Of a stretch of 64,000 nt of DNA, positions 26,101 to 38,815 are shown piece after piece. The stretch comes from Macrostomum lignano (taxonomy: Eukaryota). The notes under the pieces are model-generated. The model was given only the letters and a program-made list of their open reading frames with translations. It had not been told where the DNA came from and did not search any database. The DNA lies in NCBI GenBank assembly GCA_002269645.1, contig NIVC01003054.1, positions 1-64,000 on the forward strand. Reading direction: 5' to 3'. The position numbers were made by a program, and so were the translations under genes. Position 1 is the stretch's first letter. The number at the start of each line of letters is the position of its first letter.

Positions 26101-29100
26101 TTCTCCTCCCTATCCCTCTCTCCTCCTCCCTATCCCTCTCTCCTCCTCCCTATCCCTCTCTCCTCCTCCCTATCCCTCTCTCCTCCTCCCTATCCCTCTA
26201 TTCTCCTCCCAATCCCTCTCTCCTCCTCCCAATCCCTCTCTCCTCCTCCCTATCCCTCTATTCTCCTCCCTATCCCTCTCTCCTCCTCCCTATCCCTCTC
26301 TCCGCCTCCCTATCCCTCTATTCTCCTCCCTATCCCTCTATTCTCCTCCCTATCCCTCTCTCCTCCTCCCTATCCCTCTCTTCTCCTCCCTATCCCTCTC
26401 TTCTCCTCCCTATCCCTCTCTCCTCCTCCCTATCCCTCTCTCCTCCTCCCTATCCCTCTATTCTCCTCCCTATCCCTCTATTCTCCTCCCTATCCCTCTC
26501 TCCTCCTCCCTATCCCTCTCTCCTCCTCCCTATCCCTCTCTCCTCCTCCCTATCCCTCTCTCCTCCTCCCTATCCCTCTATTCTCCTCCCTATCCCTCTA
26601 TTCTCCTCCCTATCCCTCTCTCCTCCTCCCTATCCCTCTCTCCTCCTCCCTATCCCTCTCTCCTCCTCCCTATCCCTCTATTCTCCTCCCAATCCCTCTC
26701 TCCTCCTCCCAATCCCTCTCTCCTCCTCCCTATCCCTCTATTCTCCTCCCTATCCCTCTCTCCTCCTCCCTATCCCTCTCTCCGCCTCCCTATCCCTCTC
26801 TCCTCCTCCCTATCCCTCTCTCCTCCTCCCTATCCCTCTCTACTCCTCCCTATCCCTCTCTCCTCCTCCCTATCCCTCTATTCTCCTCCCTATCCCTCTA
26901 TTCTCCTCCCTATCCCTCTCTCCTCCTCCCTATCCCTCTATTCTCCTCCCTATCCCTCTCTCCTCCTCCCTATCCCTCTATTCTCCTCCCTATCCCTCTC
27001 TCCTCCTCCCTATCCCTCTATTCTCCTCCCTATCCCTCTCTCCTCCTCCCTATCCCTCTCTCCTCCTCCCTATCCCTCTCTCCTCCTCCCTATCCCTCTC
27101 TCCTCCTCCCTATCCCTCTCTCCTCCTCCCTATCCCTCTCTCCTCCTCCCTATCCCTCTCTCCTCCTCCCTATCCCTCTCTCCTCCTCCCTATCCCTCTC
27201 TCCTCCTCCCTATCCCTCTCTCCTCCTCCCTATCCCTCTCTTCTCCTCCCTATCCCTCTCTCCTCCTCCCTATCCCTCTCTTCTCCTCCCTATCCCTCTC
27301 TCCTCCTCCCTATCCCTCTCTCCGCCTCCCTCTTCCTCTCTCAGCCTCCCTCTCTTTCTTCCTCTCTTCCTCTCCTTTTCCCTCTCCCTTTCTCCCTAGT
27401 CTTCACCTCTCCTACTCTCTTTCCTAGCTATAGATAGTTCCTAGAACATACTACTCAATAGTCACAGTTGAAGTAGTGGATAACGCACTTTCCATACTGG
27501 ACATTTGAATGACCGATCCAGTTATTAATTCCGCCAATCATAACTCAACCATTTTTTACAACCATTGTTCCATTTCAGCCGTCCAACTGCCTATCAAATT
27601 AGTGCCCTAACTTGTTGTTGTTGCCAATATTATTAGTTTTATATGTACTTTGATTTGCTAGCTTTGACTACTCTGCACTTTATCTGCATTTTGAGTTTTT
27701 GCAACCAATTATATTTATGTTGTAATTTTTAAATAATTTCCCGGTAAAGAAGTTTGGATTATTAAGCTGGCTTAATAAGAACAGGGTTGCTTTTCAATTG
27801 CTCCTAAAAGAAGGGAAACATTTGCGGTTCTTGATTTCCTCCTCTAAGCTGGAGGCGTCACTGCCAAGCCAATTATAAATTAATTTTCGGTATTGTGAAA
27901 TTATTTTCTATCTGTGGGGCTGCAGTGCTGTGCGAGCTTGCATGGCGGCTTTTTATTCTGTATGGGAGACTGACACAGGGCTGGTGGCAGGCACTGAAGG
28001 GTCAGGGCTGGTGGCAGGCACTGAAGGGTCAGGGCTGGTGGCAGGCACTGAAGGGTCAGGGCTGGTGGCAGGCACTGAAGGGTCAGGGCTGGTGGCAGGC
28101 ACTGAAGGGTCAGGGCTGGTGGCAGGCACTGAAGGGTCAGGGCTGGTGGCAGGCACTGAAGGGTCAGGGCTGGTGGCAGGCACTGAAGGGTCAGGGCTGG
28201 TGGCAGGCACTGAAGGGTCAGGGCTGGTGGCAGGCACTGAAGGGTCAGGGCTGGTGACAGGCACTGAAGGGTCAGGGCTGGTGACAGGCGCTGAAGGGTC
28301 AGGGCTGGTGACAGGCGCTGAAGGGTAGCAACAATCACTGTAAATGTGAGGTGCGCCAGAGGACCCCACAGCGGTCTCAGCAGCCCTCTCAAATCTCCGC
28401 AGCTGTGCACTCGGCAGCTTCGCCTAAGTCGGTAGGCGGAGCGGGAGCCGGCGCCAAGCACTCTGCCAGCGGCTCGGCGAAGCCAGGCCGGAAGCCGCAG
28501 TCGGCGCCGATGGTCCGCAAGCCGACCCGGTCGGACCAGCCGTCGCAGTCGTCCGCTTTGTCTTCGCCTTCCGGCGGTGGTCACAAATCAAGCAGCGGTG
28601 CCCATTCGACCGGTGTGGGCCCGGCGTCGCCTCGTCCGGGCGCCGGCGGTCGCGGCTCGTCTGTCCGAGGCTCAACAGAGCAGTCGCAGCAGCAGACGGC
28701 CTCTCACGGCTCAAGGTGAGGACTAGACAGATTTCTGCTTTAAACTTTTAAAGAAAAAATTCACTTTTTTTCTAGTCGAACTACTTTGAGTAGAAATATA
28801 AGCGTTTCTACGTTTTTAAGGAAAACGCATTTTTGCTTATCCAGCTACTGTGAGTAGAAATATAAACATTTATGCTTTATATTGTTTTGAGAAAAAATCC
28901 TGGGTTTTTACATTTATCTACTGTGAGTTGAGTAATTTGCAGTTTAAGTACTTTTTTAGTTGATCTTAACAAAGTTGAATTCCTTAAATTTTGAAGTAAC
29001 TTTGCTGCCCTATTCGTTCTGCCAGCCAGCAATTGTCGGTTCGAACCAATTCACTGCTATGCATACCCACTGTTGGCGGTTATGCTGGGAAATCGTTGGC

Positions 29101-32100
29101 TAAGCCGGTTGCTAAGCAACGGTTGGTAATATTTAGGATTGTCTGCTATACTCGTAGTGTAGATGCTTTAAAATTGCATTAGGACTCTTAATCGAGTTTA
29201 TTCTGGCGTAAAAATTATATAGTCAGTTTTCTGCAGATTTTTTATCAAATTCTGGCGTTGATTTCTAGTGATGCTTATTACAAGATTATTAATATTAATG
29301 ATTAGTTTGCACTTCTGGCATTTACGATTTTTAAGAACTTTATGGTGATTCATACATCATGATCTTTATGAAACTTGATGCTATTCAGTCTTCCTACTTC
29401 AGTACATTACCTTCAGGACCTTAATGATGCTTCAGGACCTTCATGATGCTTCAGGACCTTCATAGTGCTTCAGAACCTTCATGATGCTTCAGGACCTTCA
29501 TGATACTTCAGAACCTTCATGATACTTCAGGATCTTCATGATGCTTCAGGACCTTCATAATACTTCAGGACCTTCATGATACTTCAGGACCTTCATGATG
29601 CTTCAGGACCTTCATGATACTTCAGGACCTTCATGATACTTCAGGACCTTCATGATACTTCAGGACCTTCATGATGCTTCAGGACCTTCATGATGCTTCA
29701 GGACCTTCATGATGCTTCAGGATCTTCATGATACTTCAGGACCTTCATGATGCTTCAGGACCTTCATGATGCTTCAGGACCTTCATGATGCTTCAGGACC
29801 TTCATGATGCTTCAGGACCTTCATGATACTTCAGGACCTTCATGATACTTCAGGACCTTCATGATACTTCAGGACCTTCATGATGCTTCAGGACCTTCAT
29901 GATACTTCAGGACCTTCATGATACTTCAGGACCTTCATGATGCTTCAGGACCTTCATGATACTTCAGGATCTTCATGATACTTCAGGACCTTCATGATAC
30001 TTCAGGACCTTCATGATGCTTCAGGACCTTCATGATACTTCAGGATCTTCATGATGCTTTATCACATTCCAGAAATCAAAATCTCTTGAAATTTTTATAT
30101 GGTACTTCAAAATTATTAAATCCATATTATAAAATACTTACTTAATCCGTGCAAATTTTTTCGATCATCACTAACCTCAATTCCAACCAACCTTCAAACA
30201 AATTTCCAGCGTCAAGGAGTCGGTCTGGTCAAAAGGTGAGTACTTTTGTAAACACCAAAATGAAAAGAAAACTAATATTGTTACTAATAGTAGATACTAC
30301 AGTACATTTGCAGGTGGTTTTATTGTATCTGTATCAATTAATTTCTTATATTTCTACTATGAGTAGAGTACTTAATTCAATTTAATTATTTTTATTTTAT
30401 TCGTATGAAATTCTATTACTCTTACGTTGAGCATATAAAAAGCAAAACTTGAGCATTTTATTGTTCATTAAACTGCTACTCAACAAAAAACTATCAGAGG
30501 ACGGCGTCATCCGAATGCACCTGCGCGGCCGGCCTTTGAATCTGTACGCTCCATCGGATCTTGTTGAGCAGCTTCGCGACGTTCAACAAGTTGAGCCGGC
30601 CGAGCCACCCGCGGAGAAGCTCAAACTGGAGTGGGCCTACGGCTACCGCGGCCGGGACTGCCGCTCCAACTTGTACTCTCTGCCCACCGGCGAGATGGTC
30701 TACTTCATAGCCAGCGTGGTCGTGCTTCACAACGTTGAAGAGGGCATGCAGAGGCACTATACTGGCCACAATGACGACGTTAAATGCATTGCCGTTCATC
30801 CGGACAAGATCACTATAGCAACCGGACAGGTGGCCGGGCACGATAAAGCTCAGGGCAAGGTGAGGCTGGCTGCTAATAATATTTTTTGCGTTTGTTCTTT
30901 GTTCTTAATCGATTCTATACTGTATTTGTATGTTGTGGTTTTTCTTTGTAACAAGTGCTAAGCGACCTATTAAATTGCCCGAGGGTCGCCCTTATCTACC
31001 CGAGTGTCGCCCTTATCTACCTGAGAGTCGCCCTTATCTACCTGAGAGTCGCCCTTCCTGAGAGTCGCCCTTATCTACCCGAGTGTCGCCCATATCTACC
31101 TGAGAGTCGCCCTTATCTACCTGAGAGTCGCCCTTATCTACCTGAGAGTCGCCCTTCCTGAGAGTCGCCCTTATCTACCCGAGAGTCGCCCTTATCTACC
31201 TGAGAGTCGCCCTTCCTGAGAGTCGCCCTTATCTACCCAAGAGTCGCCTTTCCTGAGAGTCGCCCTTATCTACCTAAGAGTCGCCCTTATCTACCTGAGA
31301 ATCACCCTTATCTACCTGAGAGTCGCCCTACTTGAGAGTCGCCCTTATCTACCCGAGAGTCGCCCTTCCTGAGAGTCGCCCTTCCTGAGAGTCGCCCTTA
31401 TCTTCCTGAGAGTCGCCCTTATCTACCCGAGTGTCGCCCTTCCTGAGAGTCGCCCTTATCTTCCTGAGAGTCGCCCTTATCTACCAGAGAATCGCTCTTA
31501 TCTACCCGAGTGTCGCCCTTCCTGAGAGTCGCATTTCCTGAGAGTCGCCCTTCCTGAGAGTCGCCCTTATCTACCCGAGATTCGCCCTTCCTGAGAGTCG
31601 CCCTTATCTACTTATCTTATCTACTTATCTACTTATCTACCCGAGAGTCGCCCTTCCTGAGGGTCGCCCTTCATGAGAGTCGCCCTTCCTGAGAGTCGCC
31701 CTTATCTACCTGAGAGTCGCCTTTCCTGAGAGTCGCCCTTCCTGAGAGTCGCCCTTCTTGAGAGTCGCCCTTATCTACCTAAGAGTCGCCCTTATCTACC
31801 TGAGAATCACCCTTATCTACCTGAGAATCACCCTTATCTACCTGAGAATCACCCTTATCTACCTGAGAATCACCCTTATCTACCTGAGAGTCGCCCTACC
31901 TGAGAGTCGCCCTTATCTACGCGAGAGTCGCCCTTCCTGAGAGTCGCCCTTATCTACCTGAGAGTCGCCCTTATCTACCTGAGAATCACCCTTATCTACC
32001 TGAGAATCACCCTTATCTACCTGAGAGTCGCCCTACCTGAGAGTCGCCCTTATCTACGCGAGAGTCGCCCTTCCTGAGAGTCGCCCTTATCTACCTGAGA

Positions 32101-35100
32101 GTTGGGTTATCTAATTGAGAGTCGCCCTTATCTACCTGAGAATCGCCCTTATCTACCTGAGAGTCGCCCTACCTGAGAGTCGCCCTTATCTACGCGAGAG
32201 TCGCCCTTCCTGAGAGTCGCCCTTATCTACCTGAGAGTCGCCCTTCCTGAGAGTCGCCCTTCCTGAGAGTCGCCCTTATCTACCCGAGATTCACCCTTCC
32301 TGAGAGTCGCCCTTATCTACCTGAGACTCGCCCTTATCTACCCCAGAGTCGCCCCTATTTACCTTAAAGTCGCCCTTACCTACCTCAGAGTCGCCCTTAT
32401 CTACCTGAGAATCGCCCTTATCTACCTGAGAGTCGCCCTTATCTACTTCAGAGTCGCCCTTATCTACCCGAGACTCGCCCTTATATACCTGAGAAGCACC
32501 CCTCTATATCGACATTGACAAATAAATTTAGAGTTTAAAAAGCAGTTTTCTTATTTTTTTTCTGCTCAGAGTTTGGCATTCAGTTTGAGAAAGAAATTTG
32601 ACGCACTGAGCACCGCTTGGCAATGTTCGGTTTGTACCTTTAAGAATAGCAATTAACCATCTTAGCATCATGGAAATGTACCATCTTAGTAACTTGAAGT
32701 GTGCCTGCTTTGGAGTCTTTCTCTTCTAGCCAAAAAGAAGACAATCCAGCATGCTAAAGTTCTGAAAACATATTTTGAACTCTTAGGTTAGCCTAATCTT
32801 GCACAGAAAATTAGACATTTTACTTATCATATTTATAGCAGTCGCCTAGAGATGGCGCCGATATTGCTCTAGAGATGGCGCCGATATTGCCCTAGACATG
32901 GCACCGATATTGCCCTAGAGATGGCGCCGATATTGCTCTAGAGATGGCGCCGATATTGCCCTAGAGATGGCACCGATATTGCTCTAGACATGGCGCCGAT
33001 ATTGCTCTAGACATGGCGCCGATATTGCCCTAGACATGGCGCCGATATTGCCTTCACCGATATTGCTCTAGAGATGACGCCGATAGTGTCTTAGAGATGG
33101 CGCCGATATTGCCTTAAAGATGGCGCCGATAGTGTCTTAGAGATGACGCCGATATTGCCATAGAGATGGCGCCGATATTGCTCTAGAGATGACGCCGATA
33201 TTGCCCTAGAGATGGCGCCGATATTGCCTTAAAGATGGCGCCGATAGTGTCTTAGAGATGACGCCGATATTGCCATAGAGATGGCGCCGATATTGCTCTA
33301 GAGATGACGCCGATATTGCCCTAGAGATGGCGCCGATATTGCCTTAAAGATGGCGCCGATAGTGTCTTAGAGATGGCGCCGATATTGCTCTAGAGATGAC
33401 GCCGATATTGCCCTAGAGATGGCGCCGATATTGCCCTAGACATGGCGCCGATATTGCCCTAGACATGGCGCCGATATTGCCCTAGACATGGCGCCGATAT
33501 TGCTCTAGAGATGACGCCGATATTGCTCTAGAGATGACGCCGATATTGCTCTAGAGATGACGCCGATATTGCCCTAGACATGGCGCCGATATTGCCCTAG
33601 ACATGGCGCCGATATTGCCTTCGCCGATATTGCTCTAGAGATGACGCCGATAGTGTCTAAGAGATGGCACCGATAATGCTCTAGAGATGGCGCCGATATT
33701 GCCTTAAAGATGGCGCCGATAGTGTCTTAGAGATGACGCCGATATTGCCATAGAGATGGCGCCGATATTGCTCTAGAGCTGACGCCGATATTGCCCTAGA
33801 GATGGCGCCGATATTGCTCTAGAGATGGCGCCTATATTGCTCTAGAGATTGCGCCGATATTGCCCTAGAGATTGCGCCGATATTGCTCTAGAGATGGCGC
33901 CGATATTGTCTTAGAGATGGCGCTGATCTTTTCTTAGAGATGGCGCCGATATTGTCTTTGAGATGGCGCCGATATTGTCTAAGAGATGGCGCCGATCTTT
34001 TCTTAGAGATGGCGCCGATATTGCTCTAGAGATGGCGCCGATATTGCTCTAGAGATAGCTGATAACACCTGTGTATGCTCAGCGGTTCTGTAAAACCAGC
34101 ACCAAATATGCCAAAAGTTCGCACCGTCCTATAAAAAATATTTAGCCTTGTAAATAAACTCATTTTACTGAATTTGAAGCATGTAGTGTCTCAAATATTC
34201 GGATTCGTTTTTGCCATTTATAACTTATTCCATTGAGTCATTGGTGTGCTGATGCATTGAGTCATTGGTGTGCTGATGCATTGAGTCATTGGTGTGCTGA
34301 TGCATTGAGTCATTGGTGTGCTGATGCATTGAGTCATTGGTGTGCTGATTCATTGAGTCATTGGTGTGCTGATGCATTGAGTCATTGGTGTGCTGATGCA
34401 TTGAGTCATTGGTGTGCTGATGCATTGAGTCAATCCTTAATGTAATTATCAAGTGCGACTCTGATGTACAATACTTACCTAATGAGGCATCATACAATGA
34501 GACTCACCAACCCCTCAACAACTGCTCGGATTCCGGCAGCCACACGTCCGAGTGTGGAACAGCGTGGACCTGACCACCATGCACGTGCTCGGCCTCGGAG
34601 ACTTCGAGCGGGCCGTGTGCTGCTTGGCCTTCAGCCGAGCCGACGGCGGCAATTTTCTCTGCGCCGTAGACGAGTCCAACGAGCACATGATCTCCGTTTG
34701 GGACTGGCGCAAGCCGCACAAGCTGGCCGAGACAAAGACTTCTGGCGATCCTGTGCTGGCCTGCGAGTACCACCCGTTAGATAATGGCAGTATTGTGACC
34801 TGCGGCAAGAACCAGCTCACCTTCTGGACTATAGAGGGCGGTCAGCTGTCTAAGAAGAATGGAATTTTTGAGGTAGAACACAAAAGTCACGTGTTTCTTC
34901 TCGCTATGTTTGAGTTTTTGTTAGCCAATGAAATATTTGTACTTGAAGATCGATCGCATTAGCAGCCAATTGGAACAGTTCTAGCTCAGGGATGATTTCT
35001 CAGCCAATAGGAATGGTTCTAGCTCAAGGTCGACTTTCCAGCCAATAGGAACAGCTCTAGCTCAGGAATCATTTCTCAGCCAATAGGAACAGTTTTAGCT

Positions 35101-38047
35101 GAAGGTCGACTTCTCAGCCAATACAAACAGCTCTAACTCAAGGTCAATTTCTCAGCCAATAAGAACAGTTCTAGCTGAAGGTCGACTTCTCAGCCAATAG
35201 GAACAGTTCTAGCCCAGGGATGACTTCTCAGCCAATAGGAACAGTTCTAGGTAAGGTCGAGTTCCTAGCCAATAGAAACAGTTATGACTCGAGCGAGAAT
35301 AAATTGATAACTGCTTTAATAACCAATATTTCGCGCAGAAGCACGAGAAGCCAAAATTTGTTCTCTGCTTAACATTCGCACAAAATGGCGACTTGATCAC
35401 GGGCGACTCCAACGGCAACATCCTGGTCTGGGCCCGGGGCGGGAACAGAATCAGCCAGGGTGTCACTGGCGCTCACGAGGGCGGAATTTTTAGCCTGTGC
35501 GTGCTAAAGGACGACAACCTGGTGTCGGGCGGCAAGGACCGCCGCCTGGTGCAGTGGGACGCCACTTACAACCGAACTGGCTCGGAGGCTGCCATCCCCG
35601 AGCAGTACGGACCAATCAGGACTCTGTCACAGGGGCCCGGCAGTGTTGTACTGGTTGGCACCACTAGGAATTGCATTCTGCAGGTGAGTTCTGCTAGGAG
35701 TTTACACAATGGATTTACATGCTCATAATGGTGTGTTAGAAACAGGATGATGTTGGTAAACGGGATGGTGTTGGTGAATAAGATGGTGTTGGTGAATAGG
35801 ATGGTGTTGGTGAACGGAATGATGTTGGTGAACAGGATGGTGTTCGTGAACAGGATGATGTTGGTGAACAGGATGGTGTTGGTGAACAGGATGGTGTTGG
35901 TGAACAGGATAGTGTTGGTGAACAGGATAGTGTTGGTGAACAGGATGGTGTTCGTGAACAGGATGATGTTGGTGAACAGGATGGTGTTGGTGAACAGGAT
36001 GGTGTTGGTGAACAGGATAGTGTTGGTGAACAGGATAGTGTTGGTGAACAGGATAGTGTTGGTGAACAGGATAGTGTTGGTGAACAGGATAGTGTTGGTG
36101 AACAGGATGGTGTTGGTGAATAGGATGGTGTTGGTGAATAGGATGATGTTGGTGAACAGGATGGTGTTGGTGAACAGGATGGTGTTGGTGAACAGGATGG
36201 TGTTGGTGAACAGGATAGTGTTGGTGAACAGGATGGTGTTGGTGAATAGGATGATGTTGGTGAACAGGATGATGTTGGTGAATAGGATGGTGTTGGTGAA
36301 CAGGATGGTGTTGGTGAACATGGAAACTTTTATTTCTGAATTAAAGCATCCTATTGCTAAGGGTTGCGATCGATCGCCTTGCAGGGCTCCTTCAACCTGG
36401 ACTTCTCTCCCATTGTGGAGGGCCACGTCGAGGAGCTGTGGGGCCTGGCCTGCCACCCCAGCCAGCTGCAGTTCGCCACCTGCGCCTATGACAAATGGAT
36501 CTACCTGTGGGACGCGCTCACCCATCAGGTTGTGTGGAGCAAAGAGCTTAACGACCCGGCCCATTGTGCCTGCTTTCATCCCAGCGGCGAGACTCTGGCT
36601 GTGGGCTGCCAGACCGGCCGCTGGTACGTGCTGGATGCGCAGCGGCGCGACATTGTGGCTGTGCACACTGACGGCAATGAGCAGATTGAGTGCATGGAGT
36701 TCTCGCCCGGTGAGTGTTGCTGATGATAATTGGCGCTTATCTACCCCTATCCCTGCTGCTTTAATTGGCGCTTATCTACCCCCTATCCCTGCTGATTTAT
36801 TTGGCGCTTATCTACCCGCTATTCCTGCTGATTTAATTGGCGCTTATCTACCCCCTATCCCTGCTGATTTATTTGGCGCTTATCTACCCCCTATTCCTGC
36901 TGATTTAATTGGCGCTTATCTACCCCCCTATTCCTGCAGACTTAATTGGCGCTTATCTACCCCCTATTCCTGCTGATTTGATTGGCGCTTATCTACCCCC
37001 CTATTCCTGCTGACTTAATTGGCGCTTATCTACCCCCTATTCCTGCTAATTTGATTGGCGCTTATCTACCCCCCTATTCCTGCAGACTTAATTGGCGCTT
37101 ATCTACCCCCTATTCCTGCTGATTTGATTGGCGCTTATCTACCCCCCTATTCCTGCTGACTTAATTGGCGCTTATCTACCCCCTACTCCTGCTAATTTGA
37201 TTGGCGCTTATCTACCCCCTATTTTTGCTGATTTAATTGGCGCTTATCTACCCCCTATTCCTGCTGATTTGATTGGCGCTTATCTACCCCCATTCCTGCT
37301 TCAATTGGCGCTTATCTACCCCCTATTCATGCTGATTTGATTGGCGCTTATCTACCCCCTATTCCTGCTGACTTAATTGGCGCTTATCTACCCCTAATCC
37401 TGCTTCAATTGGCGCTTATCTACCCCCTATTCCTGCTTCAATTGGCGCTTATCTACCCCTATTCCTGCTTCAATTGGCGCTTATCTACTGCCCCCACCGC
37501 CTCGCCAGACGGCTCCATGCTCGCCCTGGGCTCCCGCGACAACTACCTGTACGTGTACACCTGCTCCGAGGCCGGCCGCAAGTACTCCCGTGTTGGCAAA
37601 TGCTGCGGCCATTCGTCATTCGTTACCCACCTGGACTGGTCGGTCGATGGTACCAGCCTGCGCTCGAACTCCGGCGACCATGAGCTGCTGTTCTGGACCG
37701 CCGCCAACTGCCGCCAGGTGCCCGCGGCGGCCACTTTGCGCGACGTGGCCTGGGCTACCCAGCGCTGCACCCTGACCTTCCACACTGCCGGAATCTGGCC
37801 GGAGGGAGCCGACGGCACCGATGTCAACGCGTGCGATCGGAACTCCGGCCACAGCCTGCTAGCCAGTGGAGACGACTTTGGCCAGGTGTGTCTGTTCAGG
37901 CATCCCTGCTATCAGGCCAAGTCGCGAAGCCACGCCTACGGCGGCCATTCGAGTCACGTGGCTAATGTGCGCTTCCTGCGCGACGACTCCAGGCTGCTGT
38001 CCGCTGGCGGGCGCGACTCCGCGGTGTTGCAGTGGGAGATTCTGTGA
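23181..38047 (+). CDS. EML: Echinoderm microtubule-associated protein-like (EML1-4 type); join(23181..23331,[24038..24112],25292..25546,28403..28715,30210..30235,30498..30859,34540..34872,35339..35683,36385..36709,37509..38047), 882 aa (907 with the optional exon)
   Basis: Trimerisation coil [30 protein letters not shown] motif MHLRGRP...[21 protein letters not shown]40 blades ending [15 protein letters not shown]. All splice phases join in frame. The two 5' exons are less certain. Confidence 0.93.
24038..24112 (+). CDS. Optional or alternative-first EML exon ([24 protein letters not shown])
   Basis: tttgcag acceptor, GTAAGT donor, 75 nt phase 1-1, ATG at 24040. LDDSATS resembles the LDDSISA segment preceding the coil in EML4. 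Confidence 0.6.
25692..27330 (+). repeat. 20-bp polypyrimidine minisatellite, EML intron
   Basis: Unit TATCCCTCTCTCCTCCTCCC, ~80 copies. Confidence 0.97.
27975..28325 (+). repeat. 27-bp minisatellite, EML intron
   Basis: Unit CAGGGCTGGTGGCAGGCACTGAAGGGT, ~13 copies. Confidence 0.96.
29410..30058 (+). repeat. 19-bp minisatellite, EML intron
   Basis: Unit TTCAGGACCTTCATGAT(G/A)C. Confidence 0.96.
30975..32495 (+). repeat. Mixed 21/16-bp minisatellite, EML intron
   Basis: Units CTGAGAGTCGCCCTTATCTAC and CCTGAGAGTCGCCCTT. Confidence 0.95.
32845..34058 (+). repeat. 23-bp CpG-containing minisatellite, EML intron
   Basis: Unit CTAGAGATGGCGCCGATATTGCC. Confidence 0.96.
34230..34431 (+). repeat. 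24-bp minisatellite, EML intron
   Basis: Unit CATTGAGTCATTGGTGTGCTGATG, ~8 copies. Confidence 0.95.
34962..35280 (+). repeat. 38-bp minisatellite with a CCAAT box, EML intron
   Basis: Unit CAGCCAATAGGAACAGTTCTAGCTCAAGGTCGACTTCT-like. Confidence 0.9.
35745..36322 (+). repeat. 18-bp minisatellite, EML intron
   Basis: Unit GATGGTGTTGGTGAACAG. Confidence 0.96.
36727..37495 (+). repeat. ~36-bp minisatellite, last EML intron
   Basis: Unit TTAATTGGCGCTTATCTACCCCCTATTCCTGCTGAT. Confidence 0.95.
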
Positions 38048-38124
38048 AAGCTGTCTGCATGGATGGCGTTTTGAGCATGTTCCGCGACTTTTATTGCTGT
38101 CAAGATTGCGTAAACAAGAGGTTC

Positions 38125-38815
38125 CTCGAGGTCGTTTTGACTGCATAGTCTCGGGAGTTCCCTCAAGGTCGTTTTGACTGCATAGAGTTCCCTCAAGGTC
38201 GTTTTGGACTTCATAGTCTAGGGAGTTCCTTCAAGGTCGTTTTGGACTTCATAGTCTCAGGAGTTCCCTCAAGGTCGTTTTGGACTTCATAGTCTCAGGA
38301 GTTCCCTCAAGGTCGTTTTGGACTTCATAGTCTAGGGAGTTCCCTCAAGGTCGTTTTGGACTTCATAGTCTAGGGAGTTCCCTCAAGGTCGTTTTGGACT
38401 TCATAGTCTCAGGAGTTCCCTCAAGGTCGTATTGGACTTTATAGTCTCAGGAGTTCCCTCAAGGTCGTTTTGGACTTCATAGTCTAGGGAGTTCCCTCAA
38501 GGTCGTTTTGGACTTCATAGTCTAGGGAGTTCTCTAAGGTCATTTTGACTGCATAGTCTCGGGAGTTCTCTCAAGGTTGTTTTGACTGCGCGAGTTCCGC
38601 AAGGTCATTTAGACTATATGGTCACGGGAGTTCCTTCAAGGGCGTTTTGCCTGCATAGATTTGGGAGTTCTTTCAAGGTCGTTTTGACTGCTTGATCTCG
38701 GGATTTGCCCAAGGTCATTTTGTTGCATGGTCTCAGGAGTTCCCTCAAGACGATCGAAGGTCCTCCCAAGGTTATTTTTACTGCGTTATCTAAGGAGTTC
38801 CTACAAGGTCGTTGT
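38125..38815 (+). repeat. 38-bp minisatellite starting ~80 nt after the EML stop
   Basis: Unit GGGAGTTCCCTCAAGGTCGTTTTGGACTTCATAGTCTA, decaying 3'. Confidence 0.94.

Noticed and set aside
25653-27437. 594-aa ORF and other long repeat ORFs (27895-28328, 35566-36976, 41537-42979, 55126-55553, 57162-57452, 61390-62073)
   Set aside because: They are translations of stop-poor minisatellites inside homology-defined introns or repeat tracts, with no domain content.
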